From an uncultured archaeon (GTDB lineage Archaea > Hadarchaeota > Hadarchaeia > Hadarchaeales > WYZ-LMO6), in assembly GCA_938074535.1 (NCBI GenBank), contig CALJER010000008.1, positions 1-64,000 on the forward strand: a stretch of DNA of 64,000 nt. Direction: 5' to 3'. The translations under genes were made by a program, and so were the position numbers. Of this stretch, positions 28,883 to 37,013 are shown piece after piece (positions within the stretch are counted from its first letter, which is position 1; every line of letters begins with the position of its first letter). The notes under the pieces were generated by a model. That model made no database searches. It was given only the letters and a program-made list of their open reading frames with translations, and was not told the DNA's origin.

Positions 28883-29913
28883 AACCCTCCCCCTCCCGAA
28901 CCTTTGCCCGCGTTCCCAAAGGGACACTCGGGGTCGGGGGCGGAGGGCCTCCCCTGCACCTTCAGCACCCTGGACATGCACCCGAAGCACTGGTGGAAGT
29001 GGGGGCAGGGGGAGCAGGGGGGCTCCCTCCCCTCCCTGGACTTGAACCTGCGGATGAGCTCCGAGCCCCTCACTTTCTCCCAGGCCCTCCTCAGGCTCTC
29101 CTCCGGGTAGCGGGAAAGGGTGAGAGAGGGAGGGGAGAACATGCAGGGGAGGATCCCACCGTCCGGGGCCAGGTAGAGGGTGGTCCCGCAGGCACATCCC
29201 CTCACCTCCGGAATGGTTATCCCGCTCCTCCCGCCGGGGAGGGAGACACCCTCCCTCTCGGCGAAGGCCCAGAGGAAGGGGGCATCGTAGTAGACCTCCA
29301 CCCCCCAGTCCCTGCCGTAGATCAGGCGCATGGCCCGGAGGTGGTCCCGGGGGGAAAGACCGTAGGCCCTGTAGTAGGGGTCCTCGCCGCCGTCCCTGGG
29401 CTGGAGGGGGATGAAGGTCACGAACTTCCCCCCCTGCCTCCTGACGAACTCCACCGTTTCCCCCATCTGGTGCAGGTTCTTCCTGGAGAGAACCACCGTG
29501 ACACCGTGGAAGATTCCCTCCCTGCTGGCCCTCTCCACGCCCCGCTGGAAGGACTGAAAGCTGGCCCCCTCCTTCGTCTCCTCGTAGACCTCCCTGCTCG
29601 CCCCGTCCATGGAGAAAACCACCCTCACTCCCCTCCTTCCCAGCTCCCTGGCGAGCTCCTCCCCGAGCAGGGAGCCGTTGGTGATGAGGTAGAGGTCCAG
29701 CCCCTCCATCTCCGAGAGGAGGGGGAGCAGGCCCTCCCTCAGGAGGGGCTCTCCTCCCTCCAGGATTACCCAGTCCGGCCTCAGCTCCACTATTTCCTCC
29801 GCCAGAGGAAGAAGGAGCTCTCTGGGCATCTCCTCCGCCTTCTCCGCCAGGCAGTGCCTGCACCTCAGGTTGCACCTGGAAGTTATGGCCCAGTCAACGA
29901 AGCGCGGCCCCAT
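28879..29913 (-). CDS. Radical SAM protein with SPASM domain
   Basis: CNLRCRHC, GGEPLL, GCACG...ILPC and C-terminal CSPC...CFGC...DPEC. Confidence 0.88.
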   Translation of the reverse strand: MGPRFVDWAITSRCNLRCRHCLAEKAEEMPRELLLPLAEEIVELRPDWVILEGGEPLLREGLLPLLSEMEGLDLYLITNGSLLGEELARELGRRGVRVVFSMDGASREVYEETKEGASFQSFQRGVERASREGIFHGVTVVLSRKNLHQMGETVEFVRRQGGKFVTFIPLQPRDGGEDPYYRAYGLSPRDHLRAMRLIYGRDWGVEVYYDAPFLWAFAEREGVSLPGGRSGITIPEVRGCACGTTLYLAPDGGILPCMFSPPSLTLSRYPEESLRRAWEKVRGSELIRRFKSREGREPPCSPCPHFHQCFGCMSRVLKVQGRPSAPDPECPFGNAGKGSGGGGF

Positions 29914-29955
29914 CCTCCCACCAAAACCCACCGAGCACCTCCTATAAAAGCGAAG

Positions 29956-30357
29956 CTACTCGAGCTCCACCACCACCCAGCCGCGCTTCCTGAGCTCCTC
30001 CGCCACGAAACGCCGGTGGCAGATGGAAGAGAGCGGCTCCACGCACATCACACAAACCCTCCTCCTCTCCGCCAGCTTCTCGAGTTTCTCCATCCCCCTG
30101 GCGAACTCCTCCGTGCGCATGAACCTCCTGTATCCCCCCCTCCTGTAGCCCCCAAGCTCGGGCAGGTGGGAGTAGGAGAGCCCCAGGGAGGGGAGGGACC
30201 TCTCCAGCTCCTCCTTTTTGAACTCTTCCCTCTTGGAGGTGGGAAAAGCCCTGACGTCCACCACCGCCTCCACCCGGGAGCGACGCAGGAGCTCCGCGAG
30301 CTGAGGCAGGGTCTTGTTCCCGTAACCCACCGTCCAAATCCTCTTCTCCCCGCCCAC
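29956..30357 (-). CDS. DUF488 family protein
   Basis: IWTVGY, VDVRAFP, ELGG, MCVE...CHR. Confidence 0.85.
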   Translation of the reverse strand: MGGEKRIWTVGYGNKTLPQLAELLRRSRVEAVVDVRAFPTSKREEFKKEELERSLPSLGLSYSHLPELGGYRRGGYRRFMRTEEFARGMEKLEKLAERRRVCVMCVEPLSSICHRRFVAEELRKRGWVVVELE

Positions 30358-30401
30358 CGGGTTATATCGAGAAAGGGGGAATTTAAAGGGAGGGCGGTGG
30401 T

Positions 30402-31514
30402 TTGAGGATCTCCCACGCCAGGATCCTGGAGGGAAGAGAGCTGGAGGTGGTGGAGGGCTACCTGGAGATCAAGGAGGGAAGGATAGAGGAGATAGGAAGC
30501 GGCTTCACCCCCAGCTCGGACCTGGATCTGAAGGGAGGGTTCGTTCTTCCTCCCCTGGTGAACGCCCACACCCACCTGGCCGACTCGGTGGCCCGCGAGC
30601 TCTACGCCGGCAGAACGCAGGAGGAAACGGTGGGGCCAGAAGGGCTCAAGCTCAGGGTGCTGGAGGAAACGCCCGAGCGTGAGCTGATCGGGGAAATGCG
30701 CCGCACCCTCGGAGGCATGCTGAGAACGGGGACCCTGGCCCACTGCGACTTCAGGGAGGGCGGGAGGAGGGGCGTGGAGCTCCTGCGCGAAGCTTCCTGG
30801 GGGGGCAGGAGCCTGGTGCTGGGCCGTCCCCTCCCGGGGGAGGGGGTGGAAGAGCTCCTCTCCAGGGCGGACGGGGTGGGCCTGCCCTCCCTCCTGCGGT
30901 ACCCCCTCGAAGAGCTCCGCAGCCTCTCGGAAAGGGTCAGGAAAAGGGGAAAGCTTTTCTCCTCCCACGTGGCGGAGCTTCCCCACCAGGCGGAGGAGGA
31001 GATCAGGAGGGCCCTCGAGCTGAAGCCTTCCTTTGTCGTCCACCTCACCCACGCGGGGAGGGAGGACCTCTCCTCCCTCAGGAAAGGGGGAATACCTGCG
31101 GTCTTCTGTCCCCGCTCCAACCTCCTCCTCTCGGCCGGGATCCCGCCCATAGGCGCGGCCCTGGAGGAGGGGCTCCCCTTCATGCTCGGAACCGACAATG
31201 TATGCGTTTGCTCCCCCAACCTCTGGGAGGAACTCAAGTTCGCCTGGGCCTGCGTCAGGAGGGAGAACCCGAGGGCGGGCGGGGAGGAGGCGAGGGCCCT
31301 CCTGAGGGCCGCCACCCTCGAGCCCTCCCGCCTCTTCGGCCTCTCCTGGGGCCCCCTCCAGGAAGGCGGCGAGGCGACCTTCCTCCTCCTCTCCGCGGGA
31401 GGGGAGCTGAGGAACCTCAGGGACCCCTACTCCGGTCTGGTGAGCCGAACCCAAACCGAAAACCTCAGAGCGGTATGGTGGAGGGGGAAGGATATTTTAA
31501 GAAGAAGGGGGTAG
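30402..31514 (+). CDS. Amidohydrolase family protein (deaminase-like)
   Basis: VNAHTHLAD, DFREGG, HVAE, VHLTHA, CPRSN, LGTDN. Confidence 0.88.
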   Translation: MRISHARILEGRELEVVEGYLEIKEGRIEEIGSGFTPSSDLDLKGGFVLPPLVNAHTHLADSVARELYAGRTQEETVGPEGLKLRVLEETPERELIGEMRRTLGGMLRTGTLAHCDFREGGRRGVELLREASWGGRSLVLGRPLPGEGVEELLSRADGVGLPSLLRYPLEELRSLSERVRKRGKLFSSHVAELPHQAEEEIRRALELKPSFVVHLTHAGREDLSSLRKGGIPAVFCPRSNLLLSAGIPPIGAALEEGLPFMLGTDNVCVCSPNLWEELKFAWACVRRENPRAGGEEARALLRAATLEPSRLFGLSWGPLQEGGEATFLLLSAGGELRNLRDPYSGLVSRTQTENLRAVWWRGKDILRRRG

Positions 31515-31529
31515 TGTTCTGGAGCTGGG

Positions 31530-32372
31530 GTGAAGAGCCTGAAGGTAAAGGACGTGATGACGGGGGAGGTGAAGTACGCCGAAATCCCTGGCACCAGAGC
31601 TGAGGCCATCGAGCTCCTCAAGAAGCTGGAGGTCAGCGCCATTCCTGTGGTGAACAGCAACACCAGGGAGCTGGCTGGGATGGTGACCCTCAGGAAGCTG
31701 CTGGAGCACCCGGAGGAGGACCAGCTGGCCATGCTGGTGGACAGGGACGTGCCCAGGGTGAGCCCGGAGGACGAGCTGAAGGTGGCCGCGGAACACATCC
31801 TGAGGACGGGAAACCGGAGGCTCCCCGTGGTGAAAGAGGGGGAGCTGGTGGGGGTGATAACCGTCAGGGACATCGTGTACCGTGCCCTCGCCACTATGAA
31901 CCTCGAGAGGCCGGCCTCCGACTTCATGCATCCCAGCGTGGCCGCCGTCTGGGAGGGAACCCCCCTCAGGGCAGCCGTGGAGATCATGAGCCTCGCAAGG
32001 GTAAGGGCCCTGCCGGTGATAAACGAAAGCGGGGACCTGGTGGGGATCATCGACGACTCCGATATCATAAAGCTGGCCGAGGTGGAGACCACCTCCAAGA
32101 TCAGCCAGATGACGGGAAAGAGCGAGGGGGACAGCTGGAGCTGGGACAGCGAGGCCAGGATCTACATAACCAAGACTGAGCTGAAGCTGCCCCCCACCCC
32201 CGTGAAGGAGGTCATGGTGAAGGACCTGATCTGCATCACGAAAAAAACCTCGGTGAGCAGGTGCGCTCAGCTGATGAAGGAGAACCGCATAGAGCAGACG
32301 CCCGTCCTCTCAGCCGACAACAAGTTCCTGGGGCTGGTGAGGGACATAGACTTGCTGGGTGCTCTCCTCTGA
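31530..32372 (+). CDS. CBS-domain protein (four CBS repeats)
   Basis: Repeated VKDVM..., LPVV...LVGVIT..DI CBS motifs. Confidence 0.9.
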   Translation: MKSLKVKDVMTGEVKYAEIPGTRAEAIELLKKLEVSAIPVVNSNTRELAGMVTLRKLLEHPEEDQLAMLVDRDVPRVSPEDELKVAAEHILRTGNRRLPVVKEGELVGVITVRDIVYRALATMNLERPASDFMHPSVAAVWEGTPLRAAVEIMSLARVRALPVINESGDLVGIIDDSDIIKLAEVETTSKISQMTGKSEGDSWSWDSEARIYITKTELKLPPTPVKEVMVKDLICITKKTSVSRCAQLMKENRIEQTPVLSADNKFLGLVRDIDLLGALL

Positions 32373-33939
32373 CCAGGGGGTGAAACCCTTGTCGTCGGGG
32401 GAGGAGCTGATGGAGCTGGCCAAGCGCAGGGGCTTCCTCTGGCCCTCTTTCGAGCTCTACGGAGGGGCCAGCGGCTTCTACGACTTCGGCCCCCTGGGCA
32501 GCACCCTGAAGAACAAGATTGTGGAGAAGTGGAGGGAGCACTTCGTGAGGAGGGAGGACTCGCTGGAGATCGACTCCCCCACCCTCACCCCTGAGGAGGT
32601 CTTGAGAGCCAGCGGACACCTGGAGCACTTCGTGGACCTCATGAGCGAGTGCGGGAAGTGCGGGCAGTCCTTCAAAATCTCCGAGCTGGTGAAGGAGAGG
32701 ACCGGGCTGGATGTGGAGGGGAAGCCGAGGGAGGAGGTGGAGGCCCTGCTGGAGGAGAAGGGGATCACCTGCCCGGACTGCGGCGGGAGGCTGGGGAAGG
32801 TCCTCGAGTTCAACACCATGTTCAGAACCACCATAGGGCCTGGGGGGAGGAAGGTGGGATACCTCAGGCCCGAGACGGCGCAGGGGATCTTCGTGGACTT
32901 CAGGCGCCTTTGGAGGCACGGAAGGGAGAGGCTCCCCCTCCCCGTGGCGCAGATAGGGAAGGGCTACAGAAACGAGATCTCCCCCAGGCAGGGGATGATA
33001 AGGCTCAGGGAGTTCACCATGGCGGAGCTGGAGGTCTTCTTCGATCCGGAGAACCCCACCCATCCTTCCTTCGGGAAGGTGGCGGGGGAGAGGCTCAGGC
33101 TCTGGAGGGCCGAGGACGAGATGAAGGGGGAGGAGAGGATGGTGGAGGTGAGCGCTCGGGAGGCGGTGGAGAAGGGGATGGTCTGCCACCAGCTGATGGC
33201 CTACTACCTGGCCCTCACCAAGCGCTTCCTGATGGACCTTGGGTTGCCCGAAGAGCGCCTCAGGTTCCGGGAGCAGACACCAGGACAGAGGGCCCACTAC
33301 TCCAGGGAAACCTGGGACGCCGAGGTCAGGACGGAAAGATTCGGCTGGGTGGAGGTGGCGGGAATAGCCTACCGGACGGACTACGACCTTTCCAGGCACG
33401 CCGAAGCCAGCGGGGAGAGCCTCTCCGTGGTCCTGCAGCCGGGAAAGAGAAAGGTGGTGTGCCACGTGGTGGAGCCCTCCTTCGGCATAGACAGGATCTT
33501 CTACTGCGTGCTGGAGACGGCGTACCTGCAGGGAAGGAAGGGGCTGAGGTTCAAGAAAGAGCTCTCCCCCCTGGAGGTGGGTGTCTTCCCCCTCCTCCGC
33601 AGGGACGGTCTGCCGGAGAAGGCCAGGGAGGTGGCGGAGCTGCTGAAGCAGAGGGGGTTCTGGACGGAGTACGACGAGGCGGGGTCCATCGGGAGAAGGT
33701 ACGCCAGGGCGGACGAGGTGGGCATCCCCTACTGCGTCACGGTCGACCACCGCACCCTCTCCGACGGCACCGTGACCATCAGGGAGCGGGAAACCGCCAG
33801 GCAGGTGAGGACGCCCCTGGAAAAGCTCCCCTCCGTTCTTTCCTCCCTCCTGAAGGACGAGCTGAGGTTCGAGGAAGCCGGGACCCCCCTAGAGGAGAAA
33901 GAGGAGGGGGAAGAGGAGGAAGAGGGAGAAGAGGGTTAA
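32359..33939 (+). CDS. glyS: Glycine--tRNA ligase (archaeal/eukaryotic type)
   Basis: RRGF..SFELYGG..GFYDFGPLG, LRPETAQG, RNEISPRQG.IRLREF, EPSFGIDR, SIGRRYARADEVG. Exact start uncertain. Confidence 0.96.
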   Translation: MLSSDQGVKPLSSGEELMELAKRRGFLWPSFELYGGASGFYDFGPLGSTLKNKIVEKWREHFVRREDSLEIDSPTLTPEEVLRASGHLEHFVDLMSECGKCGQSFKISELVKERTGLDVEGKPREEVEALLEEKGITCPDCGGRLGKVLEFNTMFRTTIGPGGRKVGYLRPETAQGIFVDFRRLWRHGRERLPLPVAQIGKGYRNEISPRQGMIRLREFTMAELEVFFDPENPTHPSFGKVAGERLRLWRAEDEMKGEERMVEVSAREAVEKGMVCHQLMAYYLALTKRFLMDLGLPEERLRFREQTPGQRAHYSRETWDAEVRTERFGWVEVAGIAYRTDYDLSRHAEASGESLSVVLQPGKRKVVCHVVEPSFGIDRIFYCVLETAYLQGRKGLRFKKELSPLEVGVFPLLRRDGLPEKAREVAELLKQRGFWTEYDEAGSIGRRYARADEVGIPYCVTVDHRTLSDGTVTIRERETARQVRTPLEKLPSVLSSLLKDELRFEEAGTPLEEKEEGEEEEEGEEG

Positions 33940-34848
33940 GAACATCACCGCCGCCCCGTAGAGACCCTCCTCGCTCCTGTAGGTGTGGGCCAGGATCAGG
34001 TTGAAGGCGGCGGGAGGCATGAGGGAGAGGAGGAGGGAGGGCCTGGGGGAGAGGTCGGAGGCAAAGTTCAGGTCCAGGAGCATCATCGCCAGGATGGTGA
34101 TGGCCGGGGAGAGCAGGAACCTCGCCGCCCCTATCACGACCAGCTCCTCTTTGTACTTCCCCGCTCCAACCACCTCCAAGCAGTAGCCCGCGAAGAGCAG
34201 CATCAGGAAGAAGAAGGGCCCGGCCAGGTAGGTGTCGAAGAAAGCACCCACCTCCTCGGGAAGGGGGGCACCCACCGCCACGAAGACCGAGGCGAAGAGG
34301 AGGGCCAGGAGGGGCGGAAAGCCCGTGAAATAATCGAGGAGGTGCCTCCTCCCCCCCGACAGGGAGGAGAGCAGGAAGACGCCCACCAGCAGGTTGGGGA
34401 CGGCCACGGCCACGGCGTAGAAGCTGGCCGGGAGCAGGTACTCGGTCCCTAGGAGGGCGTACACCAGGGGCAAACCAAGGTGGCCCACGTTCATGAAAGC
34501 CGAGTTCAGGACCACGCCCACCGTCCTCTCCCTCCTCAGCCCCGCCAGGAGGCAGAGCCCGGTGGAAAAGAGGAAGCATCCCCCCACCGCCAGGAGGGCC
34601 ATCCACATGGCCGACAAACCGCCCAGGAGCTCGGAGGAGGAGTACCGGGCCACGGACACCAGCACCGTGAGGGGCAGAACTACGCACATGATCGCCCACT
34701 CCAGCAGGCGGAAGAAGGGAGCGGTGAGGGGCTCCAGCCTCCCCACCCTCCTGAGCCCCACTCCCGCCAGCAGAGGCGCGAGCAGGTAAAGGGCCGTTCC
34801 CAGGTAGCCAGGCATCCATCCCTCCTCTCCCTTCCTCCATAAAGCCAA
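33889..34848 (-). CDS. AEC (auxin efflux carrier)-family membrane transporter
   Basis: About 10 TM segments, NVGHLGLP motif, ARFLLSP, MPPA. Confidence 0.8.
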   Translation of the reverse strand: MALWRKGEEGWMPGYLGTALYLLAPLLAGVGLRRVGRLEPLTAPFFRLLEWAIMCVVLPLTVLVSVARYSSSELLGGLSAMWMALLAVGGCFLFSTGLCLLAGLRRERTVGVVLNSAFMNVGHLGLPLVYALLGTEYLLPASFYAVAVAVPNLLVGVFLLSSLSGGRRHLLDYFTGFPPLLALLFASVFVAVGAPLPEEVGAFFDTYLAGPFFFLMLLFAGYCLEVVGAGKYKEELVVIGAARFLLSPAITILAMMLLDLNFASDLSPRPSLLLSLMPPAAFNLILAHTYRSEEGLYGAAVMFLTLFSLFLLFPLLFLL

Positions 34849-34879
34849 CCCTTATTTTCCCCGAGGGAGAGAAGGAAAG

Positions 34880-35392
34880 ATGGTCAGCCCAAAACCCTCG
34901 ATGGACGAGTACTTCCTGGAGCTGGCCAAGGCGGTGAGCCTGAGGTCCACCTGCCTGAGGAGGAAATTCGGGGCCATCATCGTGAGGGACGGGGTGGTGC
35001 TGAGCTCAGGCTACAACGGAGCGGCGCGGAAGGTAAGGGAGTGCAGGGAGGTGGGCATCTGCCTCAAGGAGCTGGTGAAGGCGCCCCACGGGGAGGGCTA
35101 CGATGTCTGCCCGGCCGTCCATGCCGAGGCCAACGCCCTCGTCAACGCCGCCAGATCAGGCGTGAGCATCCTGGGGGGAACCATGTACCTGCACGGCCAG
35201 GACATGCAGGGGAGGGTGGTGGAGGGGAAGCCCTGCACCTTCTGCCGGAGGCTCCTGATAAACTCCGGCATCGAGAAAATCGTGTTCAGGAGGGAGGACG
35301 GCACGATGGGCTGCTACGACATCAAGGAGTGGGTGAGGGACGAGTCGCTGGACCACCAGAGGAAGGTCCAGCAGTACACGGGTAAGGGGTAG
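34880..35392 (+). CDS. dCMP deaminase family protein
   Basis: RSTCLRR, SGYNG, VHAEAN, PCTFC Zn-deaminase motifs. Confidence 0.88.
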   Translation: MVSPKPSMDEYFLELAKAVSLRSTCLRRKFGAIIVRDGVVLSSGYNGAARKVRECREVGICLKELVKAPHGEGYDVCPAVHAEANALVNAARSGVSILGGTMYLHGQDMQGRVVEGKPCTFCRRLLINSGIEKIVFRREDGTMGCYDIKEWVRDESLDHQRKVQQYTGKG

Positions 35393-35393
35393 T

Positions 35394-36086
35394 TCAGAGG
35401 TACCTGCTGTCCTCCGGGTACTTGGAGTAGACGTAGTTCAGCAGGTCCCTGAGCCTCATCTCGTTGAACTTCTTCAGCTCCTCCATCTTCTTCCTGACCT
35501 CCTCCGGCAGGGTGCTGAGGAACTCCTCCGCCAGTTTTTCTCCCCTGGCGGTCAGGGAGCAGGACACCACCTCAGCGCCTTCCCTCTCCACCTCCACCAG
35601 CCCCGCCTTCTCCAGCTCCAGCACGGTGTCGGACACCTCCACGGAGTACGGGCCGTGGAGGTGGGGCAGGAAGCGGAAGGGGAGGGAGTCCACCCCCTGC
35701 TCCCTCTTGAGGAGGAAGAGGAGCTTCTGGAGCCTCACGCTCCCCTCCACTTCCCCCCCCAAGGTGCGGAGGAGAACCGAAACCCACTTCTCCCTTTCCC
35801 CCACCTTCCTCTCCCTCCCCTTCGACGGTCTGGAAACCGCCGACATCTCCTGCTTCAGGAGGATGGCCATCTCCACCCCCTGGGGGGTGAGCCTCAGGAT
35901 CCTCCGGAAGGGCCACACCTTGGACTCCTCCTCCTCGATCAGGCCCTCCTTCATGAGCTCCCTGATGCGCGTCTCCACCGTGAGGGAGCTCCCCTTCACC
36001 TCGGCCTGAAGTTCCCTGACGTGCTTTGGCCCCCGGAGGAGGCTGAGGAGAATCTCTGGGGCCTTGCTTCTCCTCAACCTGTACAT
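35394..36086 (-). CDS. Winged-HTH regulator fused to a Panacea/YwgA-like (DUF4065-like) domain
   Basis: N-terminal wHTH (HVRELQ..TVETRIRELMKEGLIE..LRLTPQG); C-terminal RLQKLLFL...HGPYS..LTARG...LLNYVYSKYP. Confidence 0.7.
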   Translation of the reverse strand: MYRLRRSKAPEILLSLLRGPKHVRELQAEVKGSSLTVETRIRELMKEGLIEEEESKVWPFRRILRLTPQGVEMAILLKQEMSAVSRPSKGRERKVGEREKWVSVLLRTLGGEVEGSVRLQKLLFLLKREQGVDSLPFRFLPHLHGPYSVEVSDTVLELEKAGLVEVEREGAEVVSCSLTARGEKLAEEFLSTLPEEVRKKMEELKKFNEMRLRDLLNYVYSKYPEDSRYL

Positions 36087-36093
36087 TCAGAGA

Positions 36094-36114
36094 ATGTTAC
36101 AGGAAATGTAACGT
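36094..36114. promoter_or_regulatory. Inverted-repeat operator between the regulator's TATA box and its start codon
   Basis: ATGTTACA-GGAAA-TGTAACGT (7/8 arm match). Minus-strand TATAAA at 36114-36119; ATG at 36086. Confidence 0.55.
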
Positions 36115-36231
36115 TTATACCTTACCCTGCCGCTCCCAGCTCCTGAGCTGACCTTCTGTGTCCGCTCTGCCCTGTATGGCACACCAATACCATATTCTAC
36201 AACACCACAATAACGTTTTTAAGAAGCGTTA

Positions 36232-36254
36232 CGTGTTTTAAAAATGATAACACG
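36232..36254. promoter_or_regulatory. Inverted-repeat operator upstream of nrdG
   Basis: CGTGTTTT-AAAAATG-ATAACACG; same TGTT-N11-AACR spacing as the 36094 site. Confidence 0.5.
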
Positions 36255-36266
36255 GAGGGAGGTTGG

Positions 36267-37013
36267 TTGGGGGTTCTGCTCGAAGAAGTGGTGACCTTCC
36301 CTCCCCCCCTAGAGCCCGTGTGGGGGGGCTTCCAGAAGCTCTCTTTGCTGGACTACCCCGCAAAGGTGGCCTCGGTGCTCTTCGTGAGGGGGTGCAACTT
36401 TCGATGCCCCTTCTGCTACAACACCGAGCTGGTCGGGGGACCGCCCGAAAAGGAGCTCCCCTGGAAGGAGATCCTGGGATACCTGAAGAAGAGGAAGGAG
36501 TGGCTGGACGGAGTGGTCATCACGGGTGGCGAACCCACCCTCTACTCGGGGCTTCCGGGGTACCTGAGGGAGCTGAAGGGGATGGGGCTGAGCGTGAAGC
36601 TCGACACCAACGGCTCCAACCCGGACATGCTGGGGGAGCTCCTGAGGGAGGGCCTGGTGGACTACGTGGCCATGGACGTGAAGGCGCCGCTGAGGGAGGA
36701 GGCGTACGCCAGGGCGGCGGGGGTGAAGGTCCGCCTGGAGGACGTGAGGAGGAGCCTCTCCCTTCTCCTCTCCTCCGGGGTGGAGTACGAGCTCAGGACC
36801 ACCGTGGTGCCTACCCTGCTCGGGGAGAAGGACCTCTTGGAGATAGCGGAGGAGATAAGGGGGGCCAGGAGGTACTACCTGCAGCAGTTCAGGCGCACCT
36901 CCACCCACGTGGACGAGCGCTTCTCCCAGATCCACCCCTACCCCAGGGAGTTCCTGGAGGAGGTCGCGAGGCGGATCTCGGGCTGCTTCGGTAAGTGCGG
37001 GGTGAGGGGATGA
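36267..37013 (+). CDS. nrdG: Anaerobic ribonucleotide reductase activating enzyme
   Basis: GFQKLSLLDYP, GCNFRCPFCYN, ITGGEPT, KLDTNG, MDVKAP; precedes nrdD. Confidence 0.93.
   Translation: MGVLLEEVVTFPPPLEPVWGGFQKLSLLDYPAKVASVLFVRGCNFRCPFCYNTELVGGPPEKELPWKEILGYLKKRKEWLDGVVITGGEPTLYSGLPGYLRELKGMGLSVKLDTNGSNPDMLGELLREGLVDYVAMDVKAPLREEAYARAAGVKVRLEDVRRSLSLLLSSGVEYELRTTVVPTLLGEKDLLEIAEEIRGARRYYLQQFRRTSTHVDERFSQIHPYPREFLEEVARRISGCFGKCGVRG

Noticed and set aside
36181-36210. NrdR box upstream of nrdG
   Set aside because: The AC-rich tract does not fit the palindromic acaCwAtATaTwGtgt consensus.
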